Shown here: piece after piece, positions 19,576 through 29,712 of the stretch
How positions within the stretch are numbered: position 1 is the stretch's first letter
Layout of the letters: each line of letters starts with the position of its first letter
Source of the DNA: Angustibacter luteus
GTDB taxonomy: Bacteria; Actinomycetota; Actinomycetes; Actinomycetales; Angustibacteraceae
NCBI RefSeq assembly: GCF_039541115.1
Contig: NZ_BAABFP010000008.1
Span: 434,001 to 498,000, forward strand
DNA: 64,000 nucleotides
Direction of reading: 5' to 3'
Position numbers and translations under genes: made by a program
The notes under the pieces: model-generated
Databases searched by the model: none
What the model saw: only the letters and a program-made list of their open reading frames with translations
Told to the model about the DNA's origin: nothing

Positions 19576-21493
19576 GCGCGAGGTCCGCATCCCGATGGCG
19601 GACGGCGTGGAGCTCGCAGCGACGCTCTACCTGCCGGACGAGGCCAACGGACCACAACCCTGCCTGCTGGAGGCGTTGCCGTACCGCAAGGACGACCTCA
19701 CCTCCTCCTACGCCGACAGCTACCAGCGGCTGCGCGACGAGTACGGGTACGCGGTCTGCCGGCTCGACCTGCGCGGCACCGGCTCCTCGGGGGGCGACGC
19801 CACGGACGAGTACCCGGAGGCCGAGCAGTCCGACCTGCCGTCGGTGATCGGCTGGCTCGCCGAGCAGCCGTGGTGCAGCGGGAACGTCGGCATGTGGGGC
19901 ACGTCGTACTCGGGCTTCAACTCCCTGCAGATCGCGTGCGAGCGGCCGCCCGCCCTGAAGGCGGTCTGCGGCATCTACTCCAGCGACGACCGCTGGACCG
20001 ACGACGTGCACTGGCGGGGCGGCGCGCTGCGGTTGGTCGACCAGGTCGACTACAACCACTACATGACGCCGATGTGCGTCCTGCCACCCGTGCCCGCGCT
20101 CTGGGGCGAGGACTGGCGCGACGAGTGGCGGCGCCGGCTGGAGACCAACGAGCCCTGGGCGCTCACCTGGCTGCGGGAGAACCGCGACGGCGACTACTGG
20201 CGGCACGGCTCCGTGCGGGTCGACACCGGCACGCGCGGGTACGAGCGCATCGAGTGCGCGGTGATGATCGTCGCCGGCTGGGCCGACGGTTACCGCAACA
20301 ACTCGTTCCGGACCATCGCCGCGCTGCGCGAAGCCGGTGTGCCGCACCGGTTGCTGGCCGGACCGTGGGCGCACGCCGACCCGGCGAGCGCCATCCCCGG
20401 GCCGCGGATCGACCTGGTGCCCGAGATGGTGGCCTGGTGGGACCGCTGGCTGCGCGAGGACGACTCGACCCCGCACGAGGACCGCGCCGATGTGTTCGTG
20501 CGCACCTCGACGCGGCCCGAGCCGGACCTGGAGCTGCACGAGGGGTACTGGGTCAGCGACACCTGGCCCTCGCCGGCCACGGCCTGGGCGACCCACGAGC
20601 TGGACGGGACCCGCTCCCTCCCAGTCGATCCGGACGTCGGCACCTCGGCCTGGATCGACTGCGCGGGCCACCTGCCGTGGGGACTGTCCGGCGACCAGCG
20701 CGAGGACGACGTCCGGTCGCTGACCTGGGACCGCCCCGCCGGGGGTGAGGTCCTGATCGGGCAGCCGCGGCTGCGGCTGCGGGTCAGCGCCGACGCCCCG
20801 GCGGCGTCCTTGTCGGTCAAGCTGTGCGACGTGTTCGACGACGGCACGTCCGCCCTCGTCTCGCGCGGCAGCCTGGACCTGGCCTTCCGGGCCGGCGTGC
20901 ACGCGGCCACCGACCCGGAGCCCCTGGTGCCCGGCGAGGTCTACGACGTCACGGTGGAGCTCGACGCCTGTGCGTACGCGTTCTCGCCCGGGCAGACCCT
21001 GCGGGTCAGCGTCGCCGGGACGGACTGGCCGAACACGATCGCACCCCCGGCACCGGTCACGCTGACGGTGCACTCGGCGGAGCTGGACCTACCGCTCTGG
21101 AGCGGTTCCGAGCGCCCGGCGCCGGCGTTCACGCCGGGTGAGCCGTCGTCGTCCGAGGACCCGTCCGACGTGGCCTGGACGATCACCCGCGACGTGCTGG
21201 CCCGCACCACCACCTGCGCGGTGCGCAGCGGCTCGACGTACCCGGTGCCGTACGACGGCGAGGCCACCGAGCACTACGCCGGCGAGGTCGTGGTGGACCG
21301 GCGCACGTTCGCCCAGCACGCTGCTGCCACCTGCACGTACCGCCTGAGCTGGCCGGGGATCGACGTGCGGGTGATGTCGACGATGCGGATCGACGTCGGG
21401 GCTGAGGGCTACGCGGTCGCGATCGACGCGGAGGCCTACGACGGCGACGAGCTGGTCAGCCGGCGCACCTGGTCCGAGCACGTGCCTCGCTGA
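19553..21493 (+). CDS. CocE/NonD family hydrolase (peptidase S15-like)
   Basis: MADGVELAA, PYRKDD, DLRGTGSS, GTSYSG nucleophile, GWAD, GPWAH. Confidence 0.92.
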   Translation: MPTVAGTEREVRIPMADGVELAATLYLPDEANGPQPCLLEALPYRKDDLTSSYADSYQRLRDEYGYAVCRLDLRGTGSSGGDATDEYPEAEQSDLPSVIGWLAEQPWCSGNVGMWGTSYSGFNSLQIACERPPALKAVCGIYSSDDRWTDDVHWRGGALRLVDQVDYNHYMTPMCVLPPVPALWGEDWRDEWRRRLETNEPWALTWLRENRDGDYWRHGSVRVDTGTRGYERIECAVMIVAGWADGYRNNSFRTIAALREAGVPHRLLAGPWAHADPASAIPGPRIDLVPEMVAWWDRWLREDDSTPHEDRADVFVRTSTRPEPDLELHEGYWVSDTWPSPATAWATHELDGTRSLPVDPDVGTSAWIDCAGHLPWGLSGDQREDDVRSLTWDRPAGGEVLIGQPRLRLRVSADAPAASLSVKLCDVFDDGTSALVSRGSLDLAFRAGVHAATDPEPLVPGEVYDVTVELDACAYAFSPGQTLRVSVAGTDWPNTIAPPAPVTLTVHSAELDLPLWSGSERPAPAFTPGEPSSSEDPSDVAWTITRDVLARTTTCAVRSGSTYPVPYDGEATEHYAGEVVVDRRTFAQHAAATCTYRLSWPGIDVRVMSTMRIDVGAEGYAVAIDAEAYDGDELVSRRTWSEHVPR

Positions 21494-21511
21494 CCGACCG
21501 GCGGTCGGTCA
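21491..21511. terminator. Hairpin between convergent genes
   Basis: TGACCGACCG-G-CGGTCGGTCA spans both stop codons. Confidence 0.5.
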
Positions 21512-22687
21512 CGCCTCGAGCCGCCCGGTGCGGTAGGCCTGGCCGATCATCGCGACGACCTGCATGACGGCGTCCTCGTTGGGCGCGAACGGACCTGGCC
21601 GGAAGTGCGGGCTGGCCAGGCCGCGCTGCACGGACTCGCAGGCACCCCAGTCCTGCTTGTTCGTCACGTCCCAGAACTCGACGGCACCTCGGGCCGAGGG
21701 CGCCGACCCGTCGGCCGGCGGCGCGACCAGCCAGGAGCACTCGACCCAGGTACGCCCCGGGGACAGCGGCACCATCCGGTGGGTCATCACGTAGTCCGGG
21801 TGCGCCGACACCAGCAGGTTCGGCAGCAGGTGCAGGTACTCCACGCGCGTCGGGTCGACGCCGGGCAGCGGCGTGGCCGCCAGGGCGCCGTCCATCGACA
21901 TGGTCGACATGCCCTCGCGCAGGTCCATCGACCCACCGACCCAGGCGCCGGGCAGCTCGTAGTTCTCGCCGGAGGTCGGCGGGCTGACCTGACAGAGCTC
22001 GGGGTGGATCAGCGGGCAGTGGTAGCACTCGTGGTAGTTCTCGGCGATGACCTTCCAGTTCGCCGCGACCTCGTAGGTGTGCCGGTCCGCGAGCACCAGC
22101 GAGCCCGGCGCGTACGGCGAGACCAGCCCGGCCAGGGCGCCCAGGTGCGCCTCGAACGACGGGACGTCCACGTCTCCCAGCGGGTGCAGCGCGTGCCCGA
22201 AGACCCAGCCCTCCCACTCGCGCACGGGCAGCTCCACCAGGGCGTGCTCGGCGAAGTCGAAGGTGTCGTCCTCCCGGAACCCGGGTGCGCCGACCAGCTC
22301 GCCGGACGGGGCGTAGGTCCACGCGTGGTAGGGACACTGGACGGTGCGGCGGTGCGACGCCTCACCCTCGGGCAGCAGCTCGTGGCCGCGGTGCCGGCAG
22401 GTGTTCGCGAACATCCGCAGGGTCTCGCCGTCCTGCACCAGGAGGGTCGAGACGTCACCGACCCGCAGCGCGCGCTGGGAGGTCCGGCGGCCCTCGGCGG
22501 GCGTCGGCAGCAGGTCGTCGAGCCGCCCCAGGCACGTCCAGGTGCCGGCGAACAGGTGACGCCGCTCCCAGGCGAGCACCTCGTCCGAGGTGTACGCGTC
22601 GGCCGCCATCATCTGCCCGGGCAGTCCGGGGGCGGGGGCCAGCCGGCGTACCGACTCGACCTGGTCGGCGTTCATGTCGTCGATCAC
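21509..22687 (-). CDS. Rieske non-heme iron oxygenase alpha subunit (quaternary amine/N-demethylase-like)
   Basis: CRHRG...CPYHAW; ENYHECYHCPLIHP; QDWGACE; SD AGGAGG before GTG. Confidence 0.92.
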   Translation of the reverse strand: MIDDMNADQVESVRRLAPAPGLPGQMMAADAYTSDEVLAWERRHLFAGTWTCLGRLDDLLPTPAEGRRTSQRALRVGDVSTLLVQDGETLRMFANTCRHRGHELLPEGEASHRRTVQCPYHAWTYAPSGELVGAPGFREDDTFDFAEHALVELPVREWEGWVFGHALHPLGDVDVPSFEAHLGALAGLVSPYAPGSLVLADRHTYEVAANWKVIAENYHECYHCPLIHPELCQVSPPTSGENYELPGAWVGGSMDLREGMSTMSMDGALAATPLPGVDPTRVEYLHLLPNLLVSAHPDYVMTHRMVPLSPGRTWVECSWLVAPPADGSAPSARGAVEFWDVTNKQDWGACESVQRGLASPHFRPGPFAPNEDAVMQVVAMIGQAYRTGRLEA

Positions 22688-22737
22688 CACACCTCCTGCG
22701 GACGGGGCCATATGCTGCGCTGCATGGGATTGCGACC

Positions 22738-23343
22738 GTGACGCGGGGACGACGCAGCGTCGACGTCCGTCGCGAGGAGATCCTGTCCGCGACCATCGAG
22801 GTGGTCGACCGGCTCGGGCTCGCGGCGACCCGGGTCTCGGACGTCGCGCACGCGCTGCACATCAGCCCGGGGCTGATCTTCTACCACTTCGGCACGAAGG
22901 ACGCGCTCGTCGCGGATGCCTTCGCGCACGCCGTGGAACGCGACCTGTCGCGGCTGGACGCGGCCAACTCGCGCGGACGCGACCCGCTGGACCGGCTCCG
23001 CCGGGTGCTGCGGCTGTACGGCCCGACGGGTGCGGCCACCGGCTGGCGGCTGTGGATCGACGCCTGGGCACTGGCCCAGCGCGAACCGGTGATCCGCAAG
23101 GCGTTGCGCGGCATGGACCAGCGCTGGTGCACCGTGCTGCGCGAGGTCGTCGAGGACGGTGTCGAGGACGGGACCTTCGAGTGCGCCGAGCCGGCGGCCG
23201 CGGTCACCCGCGTCTCGGCCCTGCTGGACGGCCTGTCGGTCGCGATGCTGGTCTACCGCACCGTGACCCGGGCCGAGCTCAAGCGCTGGGTGGCCGAGTC
23301 GGTGGCCCGCGAGCTCGGGCTGGACCCGGCGGACCTGGTCTGA
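22738..23343 (+). CDS. TetR family regulator (BetI-like C-terminal domain)
   Basis: RREEILSA...TRVSDVAHALHISPGLIFYHFGTKDAL; WRLWIDAW; ALLDGL. Confidence 0.92.
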   Translation: MTRGRRSVDVRREEILSATIEVVDRLGLAATRVSDVAHALHISPGLIFYHFGTKDALVADAFAHAVERDLSRLDAANSRGRDPLDRLRRVLRLYGPTGAATGWRLWIDAWALAQREPVIRKALRGMDQRWCTVLREVVEDGVEDGTFECAEPAAAVTRVSALLDGLSVAMLVYRTVTRAELKRWVAESVARELGLDPADLV

Positions 23344-23371
23344 AGCGCTGCGGCGCACTCGGGCAGCCACA

Positions 23372-24544
23372 TCACACCAGCCAGTGCGCTTGGTAGTCGG
23401 GGTCGGTCAGCGCGGCCCGGTCGAGCCGGAAGGCCGACAGGTCGAGGTCGGCGTCCGGTGCCGGCCCGCCGACGACCAGGTCGGCCAGCAGCCGGCCGAA
23501 GGTCGGCGCGAACTTGAACCCGTGCGCGGCGCCGAGACCGACGACCACCCGCTCGTGACCGGGCACGGGTGAGAGCACGAAGTCACGGTCCGGGGTCAGC
23601 GTGTACTGGCACCGCAGCGAACGCACCGGATGGCCGACGCCGGGCAGCATCGCCTGCAGGTGCTGGGCGAGCAGGGACTCCATCGCGGGGTCGACGTCGG
23701 TCGTCCGTCGGTCGGGATGCACGGTGGGGCCGCCGCAGTCCTGGGCCGCCTTGACCGTGGGCTCGCCGTAGCTGGGGAAGCCGTAGTACGAGGGGTCGTC
23801 CATCCAGATCCACAGCGGCATCCGGCCGGGCTGGAAGGGGGTGGCGTCGTCCGGCTGGAAGTACGTCACCTGCTCGAGGGTGACCTCGACCGGCACCTGC
23901 ACCCCGAGGCCCTCGAGCACGTCGTTGACCCACGCGTCAGCACAGACGACCAGACCGCTGCAGAGCACCGGGCCGTGCACGGTCGCCACCTCGTATCCGC
24001 GCTCGCCCAGGTCGCGGACGGCGAGCACCGCGCTGCGCTCCCGCAGGTCGGCGCCGCGGCGGCGGGCCTGCTCCTGCATCACTCGGGTGCCGCGGCCGGC
24101 CGGCACGATCGCCGCGTCCGCCTGGTGCAGCGCCATCGTTCCCTCGGGCAGCCGGAACTGCGGCCACCGCTGGCGGACCGCGTCGACGTCCAGCCAGTCG
24201 TAGGCGATGCCGACCGCGTCCAGCGACGTGAGGTAGTCGACCGGGTTGATCGCGGCGTCCGCCGGGAACAGGTCCAGCCCGCCGACGACGGTGACCAACG
24301 ACGCGTCCGCGTCGTGCTCCAGCCGGGCCCAGTCGGCGTAGGCCCGCTGGGTCAGCCGGACGTAGTCGGGCGTGTGGTAGCTGTGCCGCAGGATGCGGCT
24401 CGTGTCGTGGCTGGCGCCGCGCGAGTGGCCGAGCTCGAAGCGTTCGAGGCCCACCACGGAGTGGCCGCGCCCGGCGAGCTCCATCGCGGCCGCACTGCCG
24501 AGGGCACCGAGCCCGACGACCACGTAGTCGACCCGCTCGCTCAT
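23372..24544 (-). CDS. solA: N-methyl amino acid oxidase (SolA / monomeric sarcosine oxidase family)
   Basis: GLGALG dinucleotide motif, GASHDTSRILR, CQYTLTPDRDF (flavinylated Cys position), HGFKFAP. Confidence 0.88.
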   Translation of the reverse strand: MSERVDYVVVGLGALGSAAAMELAGRGHSVVGLERFELGHSRGASHDTSRILRHSYHTPDYVRLTQRAYADWARLEHDADASLVTVVGGLDLFPADAAINPVDYLTSLDAVGIAYDWLDVDAVRQRWPQFRLPEGTMALHQADAAIVPAGRGTRVMQEQARRRGADLRERSAVLAVRDLGERGYEVATVHGPVLCSGLVVCADAWVNDVLEGLGVQVPVEVTLEQVTYFQPDDATPFQPGRMPLWIWMDDPSYYGFPSYGEPTVKAAQDCGGPTVHPDRRTTDVDPAMESLLAQHLQAMLPGVGHPVRSLRCQYTLTPDRDFVLSPVPGHERVVVGLGAAHGFKFAPTFGRLLADLVVGGPAPDADLDLSAFRLDRAALTDPDYQAHWLV

Positions 24545-25677
24545 GGTTGCTCCCCCGTTCGGTGGCCGAGCCGGGGCAGCACCCAGCGCCGGATGTCGAG
24601 GCTGTCGTCCTCCATCGGCGCGAACCAGCCGTGCCGGTAGCTGCGCGACGACATCCCGCGCTGCACGGACTCGCAGATCGCCCAGTCCTGGCGGTTCACC
24701 AGGTCCCAGAAGTCCCCGGCGTCGGTGGGGTCGAAGTCGGGTTCACCGACCTCGGACGCCGCGAACAGCAGCGAGCACACCACCCGCGTCCGGTCGGCGG
24801 CGGTCGGCAGCAGCACGAATGCCGCGACGTGGTCCGCGGACGCCGACACCATCAGGTTCGGGTACACCAGGTCGCCCTTGTGCCGGGTCCGCTCGGCCTC
24901 GCTCAAACCCGGCAGCGGTGCGCGCGTCGTGGTGCCGGTGGTGGTGAACGTCCAGGCCCCCTCGCGGTGCGGGATCCCGTCGTCCCAGGTGAGGTCCGCG
25001 CCGCCACCGCCGAACGCCGGCACCAGCCGGGTCAGCTCGGGATGCACCGGGCCGCAGTGGTAGCACTCGTTGTAGTTCTCCAGCAGGACCTTGTAGTTGG
25101 CCGCGACGTCGTAGGTGAGCACCTGACCGGTGACGAGGTCGGCCAACCCGTAGTTGGCCAGCGTCGCCGCGGCCTTGGCGACCGACTCGCCGAGCGGCTG
25201 GGCGCGCTCAGGAGTCAGGTGCACGAACACGAACCCGCCCCAGACGTCCACCCCCACCGGCGCGAGCGAGAACGGCGCGAGGTCGTCGAGCTCCGCGTGC
25301 GGCGCCCGCAGCAGCCGGCCGTCCAGCCCGTACGTCCAGGAGTGGTACGGGCAGCGCAGCGCGCCGATCGAGCAGGCCACGGCCGGGCCGGCGGCGCCGT
25401 CGGGAGCGTCCGGGACGACCGGGCGCAGCTGGGACCCGCGGTGCCGGCAGACGTTGTAGACCGCGTGCAGCACACCGTGCTCGTCGCTGGTCACCAGCAC
25501 GGACTCACCGGCCACGTCCGCCGTCAGCACCTGGGACGGCGCGGTGAGCCCGAGGTCGGACCGGCGCCCGAGGCAGAACCACTCGCCGTACAGCAGCGCC
25601 TCGCGCTCGGACCGCCAGGTCGCGTCGTCGACGTACATCTCGCGGGGCAGCGCGGGGACCAGGTCAGCCGTCGACAT
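24541..25677 (-). CDS. Second Rieske oxygenase alpha subunit
   Basis: CRHRG...CPYHSW; ENYNECYHCGPVHP; QDWAICE. Confidence 0.92.
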   Translation of the reverse strand: MSTADLVPALPREMYVDDATWRSEREALLYGEWFCLGRRSDLGLTAPSQVLTADVAGESVLVTSDEHGVLHAVYNVCRHRGSQLRPVVPDAPDGAAGPAVACSIGALRCPYHSWTYGLDGRLLRAPHAELDDLAPFSLAPVGVDVWGGFVFVHLTPERAQPLGESVAKAAATLANYGLADLVTGQVLTYDVAANYKVLLENYNECYHCGPVHPELTRLVPAFGGGGADLTWDDGIPHREGAWTFTTTGTTTRAPLPGLSEAERTRHKGDLVYPNLMVSASADHVAAFVLLPTAADRTRVVCSLLFAASEVGEPDFDPTDAGDFWDLVNRQDWAICESVQRGMSSRSYRHGWFAPMEDDSLDIRRWVLPRLGHRTGEQP

Positions 25678-25696
25678 GCCGCACCACCTTCGTCCC

Positions 25697-25716
25697 TACT
25701 GATTCGCGAGTCAGTA
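25697..25716. promoter_or_regulatory. Putative TetR operator 2
   Basis: TACTGATTCGCGAGTCAGTA, about 20 bp upstream of the Rieske ATG at 25677. Confidence 0.78.
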
Positions 25717-25758
25717 ACGGGAGCGATCGTCTCATGGGCGAACCCGCCGTCGCCACCG

Positions 25759-26772
25759 CTACCGCGTCCGGCTCAGGACGGCGTCCAGGTGGCACGCCAC
25801 CCGGTGCCCGGACTCGTTGGGCAGCACCGTCAGCGGCACGGTCCGGCAGCTGTCGGCCACCCCGGCGCGCTCCGCCGTCCCGTCCGCCAGCATCGGGCAC
25901 CGCGGGTGGAACCGGCAGCCCGCCGGGATGTGCGTCGGGTCCGGGATCTCACCGGTCAGCACGACCGGCTCGAGCTGCTCCATCTCGGGCACCACGGACA
26001 GCAGCGCCTGGGTGTACGGGTGCCGCGGCGCCTCGAGCACCTCCTCGGTGGTGCCGTGCTCGACCACGCGACCCAGGTACATGACCGCGATCCGGTCGGC
26101 GATGTTCCAGGCCAGTCCCAGGTCGTGCGTCACCACCACGATGCCCAGGCCGAGCTCGTCGCGCAGCCGCAGCAGCAGCGCCAGGATCTCGCCACGGATG
26201 GACGCGTCGAGCGAGGAGACCGGCTCGTCCGCGACCAGGAGCTCCGGCCGGAGCGCGAGCGCGCCGGCGATGAGCACCCGCTGCTTCTGGCCGCCGGACA
26301 GCTCGTGCGGGTACCGCAGGAACAGCCTCTCCGGTGGGCGCAGACCCGCCTCAGCGAGCGCGGCGGCGACCAGCTCTGGCTCGCTGCGGCCCTGCTCGTC
26401 GCCCTGCACGCGCTTGTGCAGCCGGATGCCCTCGGCCACCGACTCGTACACGGTCTGCCGCGGGTTCAGCGCGCCCGCGGCGTCCTGCAGGATCAGCTGG
26501 ACCCGGCTGCGGAAGGCCCGCAGCCCACGGACGGAGTAGTCCAGCGGCGCGCCGTCGACCAGGACCTGGCCGGCGTCCGGCCGCTGCAGCCCGACCAGGG
26601 TGCGTGCGAGCGTGGTCTTGCCGGAGCCGGACTCGCCGACCAGCGCGACGATCTCACCACGCTCGACCGCGAGGTCGACGCCGTCCAGCGCGCGCGCGAC
26701 CGCACCCGCCCGGGTCACGAACTCCACGTGCGCGCCGCGCGCCTCCAGCAGCGGCTGCTTGGACTCGCTCAC
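25759..26772 (-). CDS. Peptide ABC transporter ATP-binding protein
   Basis: GESGSGKT, YPHELSGGQKQR, ADEP, HPYT, GCRFHPRC. Confidence 0.93.
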   Translation of the reverse strand: MSESKQPLLEARGAHVEFVTRAGAVARALDGVDLAVERGEIVALVGESGSGKTTLARTLVGLQRPDAGQVLVDGAPLDYSVRGLRAFRSRVQLILQDAAGALNPRQTVYESVAEGIRLHKRVQGDEQGRSEPELVAAALAEAGLRPPERLFLRYPHELSGGQKQRVLIAGALALRPELLVADEPVSSLDASIRGEILALLLRLRDELGLGIVVVTHDLGLAWNIADRIAVMYLGRVVEHGTTEEVLEAPRHPYTQALLSVVPEMEQLEPVVLTGEIPDPTHIPAGCRFHPRCPMLADGTAERAGVADSCRTVPLTVLPNESGHRVACHLDAVLSRTR

Positions 26773-27767
26773 GGTTCCCCCACGCGGATGCAGGCGACCT
26801 GGCGGGCCACCGGGAAGTCGAGAAGCGCCGGCTCGGCCACCTCGCAGGCGGCGGTCGCGCGACTGCAGCGCGGCGCGAACGAGCACCCGGGCGGCAGGTA
26901 CCGCGGGTCGGGCGGGTCGCCGGCCAGACCGGCCGGGGTGTAGCGGGCGGCGGGGTCGCCGACTCGCGGGAACGCGTCGGAGAGGGCCTTGGAGTACGGG
27001 TGCAACGGGTCGGTGAAGACCTGGTCGGCGGTGCCGCCCTCCACCACACGACCCGCGTACATCACCGCGACCCGGTCGCAGACCGACGCGAGCACGGACA
27101 GGTCGTGGCTGATGATCAGCAGGCCGACGCCCAGCTCCTTCACCAGGTTCGAGAGCAGGTCGAGGATCTGCGCCTGGACCATCACGTCGAGCGCGGTGGT
27201 CGGTTCGTCGGCCACGATCAGGTGCGGTCGGCAGGCCAGGGCCATCGCGATCATCACCCGCTGCCGCTGGCCGCCGGACAGCTGGTGCGGGTAGGCCTTG
27301 CGCCGGGCGGGCGGCAGGCCGACCTGCTCGAGCAGCTCGACGACGCGCTCGTCCACCGCGGACGCCGACAGCGCGGGCTCGTGCAGCTGGATCGGCTCCG
27401 CGATCTGGTCGCTGATCCGGAGCACCGGGTTGAGCGAGTGCAGCGCTCCCTGGAAGACGATGGACGCCTGTGCCCAGCGCACCGCGCGCAGCTGACCCCA
27501 GCCGATGCTCAGCACGTCCGCCCCGTCGACCCGGACCTGCCCGGTCACCGTGGCGTCCTTGGGCTGCAGGCGGAGCACGGTGCTGACCAGCGTGGACTTG
27601 CCGCAGCCGGACTCACCGGCCACGCCGACCACCTCACCGGCCCGCAGCGTCAGGGAGACACCGCGCACCGCGGGGAGCAGCCCCTCCGACGTCCGGTAGG
27701 ACACCGACAGGTCGTCGATCTCCAGCAGCTCCGTCCGCAGCTGCTCGGGTTCCAGCACCTCCGTCAT
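26769..27767 (-). CDS. Peptide ABC transporter ATP-binding protein
   Basis: [37 protein letters not shown]. Confidence 0.93.
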   Translation of the reverse strand: MTEVLEPEQLRTELLEIDDLSVSYRTSEGLLPAVRGVSLTLRAGEVVGVAGESGCGKSTLVSTVLRLQPKDATVTGQVRVDGADVLSIGWGQLRAVRWAQASIVFQGALHSLNPVLRISDQIAEPIQLHEPALSASAVDERVVELLEQVGLPPARRKAYPHQLSGGQRQRVMIAMALACRPHLIVADEPTTALDVMVQAQILDLLSNLVKELGVGLLIISHDLSVLASVCDRVAVMYAGRVVEGGTADQVFTDPLHPYSKALSDAFPRVGDPAARYTPAGLAGDPPDPRYLPPGCSFAPRCSRATAACEVAEPALLDFPVARQVACIRVGEP

Positions 27768-28687
27768 CACCGGCTCCCGAGACGGGGGTTGAAGACCTCT
27801 TCGAGCGCCTGCCCGATGAGGGTGAACGACAGCACCACCAGCACGACGCAGACGCCCGGGGGCACGATGTACCACCAGGCTCCGGTGGTGATCGCGCCGA
27901 CCGCGAAGGCACCCTCGAGCATCGAGCCCCAGGACACCCGGGTGGGGTCGCCGAGGCCGAGGAAGCTCAGGGTCGTCTCGGCCAGGATCGCGATCGCCAC
28001 CGTGAGGGTGGTGTTCGCGAACACCATCGGCATCACGTTCGGCAGCACGTGCCGGGTCATCTGCCGCCACCGACCGGCGCCGAGCACGCGGGCCCGCTCG
28101 ATGTACGGGCGCTCCTTGATGGACAGGGTCTGGCTGCGGATCAACATGGCCGTGGCAGGCCAGCTCGTCACCCCGATCACGATCGCGATGTTCAGCAGCG
28201 AGCGGCCCAGCACGGTGGCCAGCACCAGCGCCAGGGGCAGGAACGGCAGCACGAGGAACCACTCGGTGACCCGGAACAGCACGGCGGCCGGCCAACCCGA
28301 GAAGAAGCCGGACATGAGGCCCACCAACGTGCCGATCACCACCGAGATGAAGGTCGCGGTGAGCCCGACCGCCAGCGACACCCGGGCACCGTAGATCAGC
28401 AGGGTCAGGATCGAGCGCCCGTTCTCGTCCGTGCCGAGCGGGTAGCCGGCCCCGGGCGGCTGCAGGACACCGCCCGTCGCCTTGGTCACCTCCAGGCCGT
28501 CCGGGTCCGCGAGCAGCGGCGCGAGCACGGCGACCAGGATGAAGAACGTGAGGACGCACAGCCCGAGCACGCCGGACCGGCTGCGGCGGAACGTCTTCCA
28601 CGTGCGGCGCGCCGACTCCGCCCGGCGACGACGCGCGATCTGACCCGGTGTGAGCCGCGGCTGCACGGCGTCCTGGACGGCGCTCAC
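27767..28687 (-). CDS. Peptide ABC transporter permease (OppC/DppC-like)
   Basis: PLGTDENGRS, RHVLPN, LSFLGLG, SWGSML. Confidence 0.93.
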   Translation of the reverse strand: MSAVQDAVQPRLTPGQIARRRRAESARRTWKTFRRSRSGVLGLCVLTFFILVAVLAPLLADPDGLEVTKATGGVLQPPGAGYPLGTDENGRSILTLLIYGARVSLAVGLTATFISVVIGTLVGLMSGFFSGWPAAVLFRVTEWFLVLPFLPLALVLATVLGRSLLNIAIVIGVTSWPATAMLIRSQTLSIKERPYIERARVLGAGRWRQMTRHVLPNVMPMVFANTTLTVAIAILAETTLSFLGLGDPTRVSWGSMLEGAFAVGAITTGAWWYIVPPGVCVVLVVLSFTLIGQALEEVFNPRLGSR

Positions 28688-29712
28688 GTGCGCACCCGCG
28701 GGTCGAACAACCCGTAGAGCAGGTTGGCCGCCAGGTTGGCTGCGATCACTGCGCCGGAGGCGATCAGGAAGGTGCCCTGCAGCACCCAGAAGTCCGGGAT
28801 GGTGAGCGCCTCCGTGGTGAGCAGGCCCAGCCCCGGGATGGAGAAGATCGTCTCGATGGTGATCGCTCCCGACACGACGAAGCCGATGTTCAGAGCCGAG
28901 ATGGTCAGCGTCGGGAGCATCGCGTTGCGGACCGCGTGGCGGCGTCGCACCTGCACGTCCCGCAGACCCTTGGCCCGGGCCGTCACCAGGTAGTCCTCAC
29001 CGAGCTCGTCCAGCAGCGACGAGCGCATGATCAGCGAGTACTCGGCCAGGTACGCCAGGGTCAGGGTGACCACGGGCAGGGTCAGGTGCCAGGCCGTGTC
29101 CAGCACGCCCTTGAGGCTGCTCGGGTCGACGCCGATGGAGTGCAGCCCGCTGGTGGGGAAGAGCCCCGGCAGCGGTCCCATCCCGACGGCGAACGCCGCG
29201 ATCAGCAGCAGGCCGAGCCACCACTCGGGCATCGAGTACAGGGTCAGCGTGGACGCGGTCGAGGACTTGTCGAACCGGCTGCCGCGGTTCCAGCCGCTGC
29301 GGATCCCGATGCGGACCCCGATCACGGTGGCCAGGATCGTCGACGACCCGACCAGCAGGACCGTCGGCCACATCCGCTCCTGGATCAGGTCCGCGACCGG
29401 CACCCGGTAGCGCAGCGACACCCCCAGCTGACCGCTGAAGACGTTCTTCAGGAACGTCACGAACTGCTGCGGCATGGACTGGTCCAGCCCGTACGTGTGC
29501 CGGAACGCCGCCATCTGCTCGGGGGTCTTGAACCGCTCGCGGCCGAGCGTCCTGGCGGGGTCACCGGGCAGCACCCGGAAGAGGAAGAAGCTCACCACCA
29601 GGACGAAGAACAGGCTGCCGATCGACCCGAGCACCTTCGACCCGACGTACCGGCCGTAGCTGCGCCGGCGGACCGTCCGCGGGACAGCTGCGCCGGAGTC
29701 GAGGATCGTCAC
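28684..29712 (-). CDS. Peptide ABC transporter permease (OppB/DppB-like)
   Basis: LPGDPA, YGLDQ, EDYLVTARAKGL, IETIFSIPGLG. Confidence 0.93.
   Translation of the reverse strand: MTILDSGAAVPRTVRRRSYGRYVGSKVLGSIGSLFFVLVVSFFLFRVLPGDPARTLGRERFKTPEQMAAFRHTYGLDQSMPQQFVTFLKNVFSGQLGVSLRYRVPVADLIQERMWPTVLLVGSSTILATVIGVRIGIRSGWNRGSRFDKSSTASTLTLYSMPEWWLGLLLIAAFAVGMGPLPGLFPTSGLHSIGVDPSSLKGVLDTAWHLTLPVVTLTLAYLAEYSLIMRSSLLDELGEDYLVTARAKGLRDVQVRRRHAVRNAMLPTLTISALNIGFVVSGAITIETIFSIPGLGLLTTEALTIPDFWVLQGTFLIASGAVIAANLAANLLYGLFDPRVRT

Noticed and set aside
21491..21511. Palindrome as a fifth TetR operator
   Set aside because: Different spacing and arms, and located between convergent stop codons
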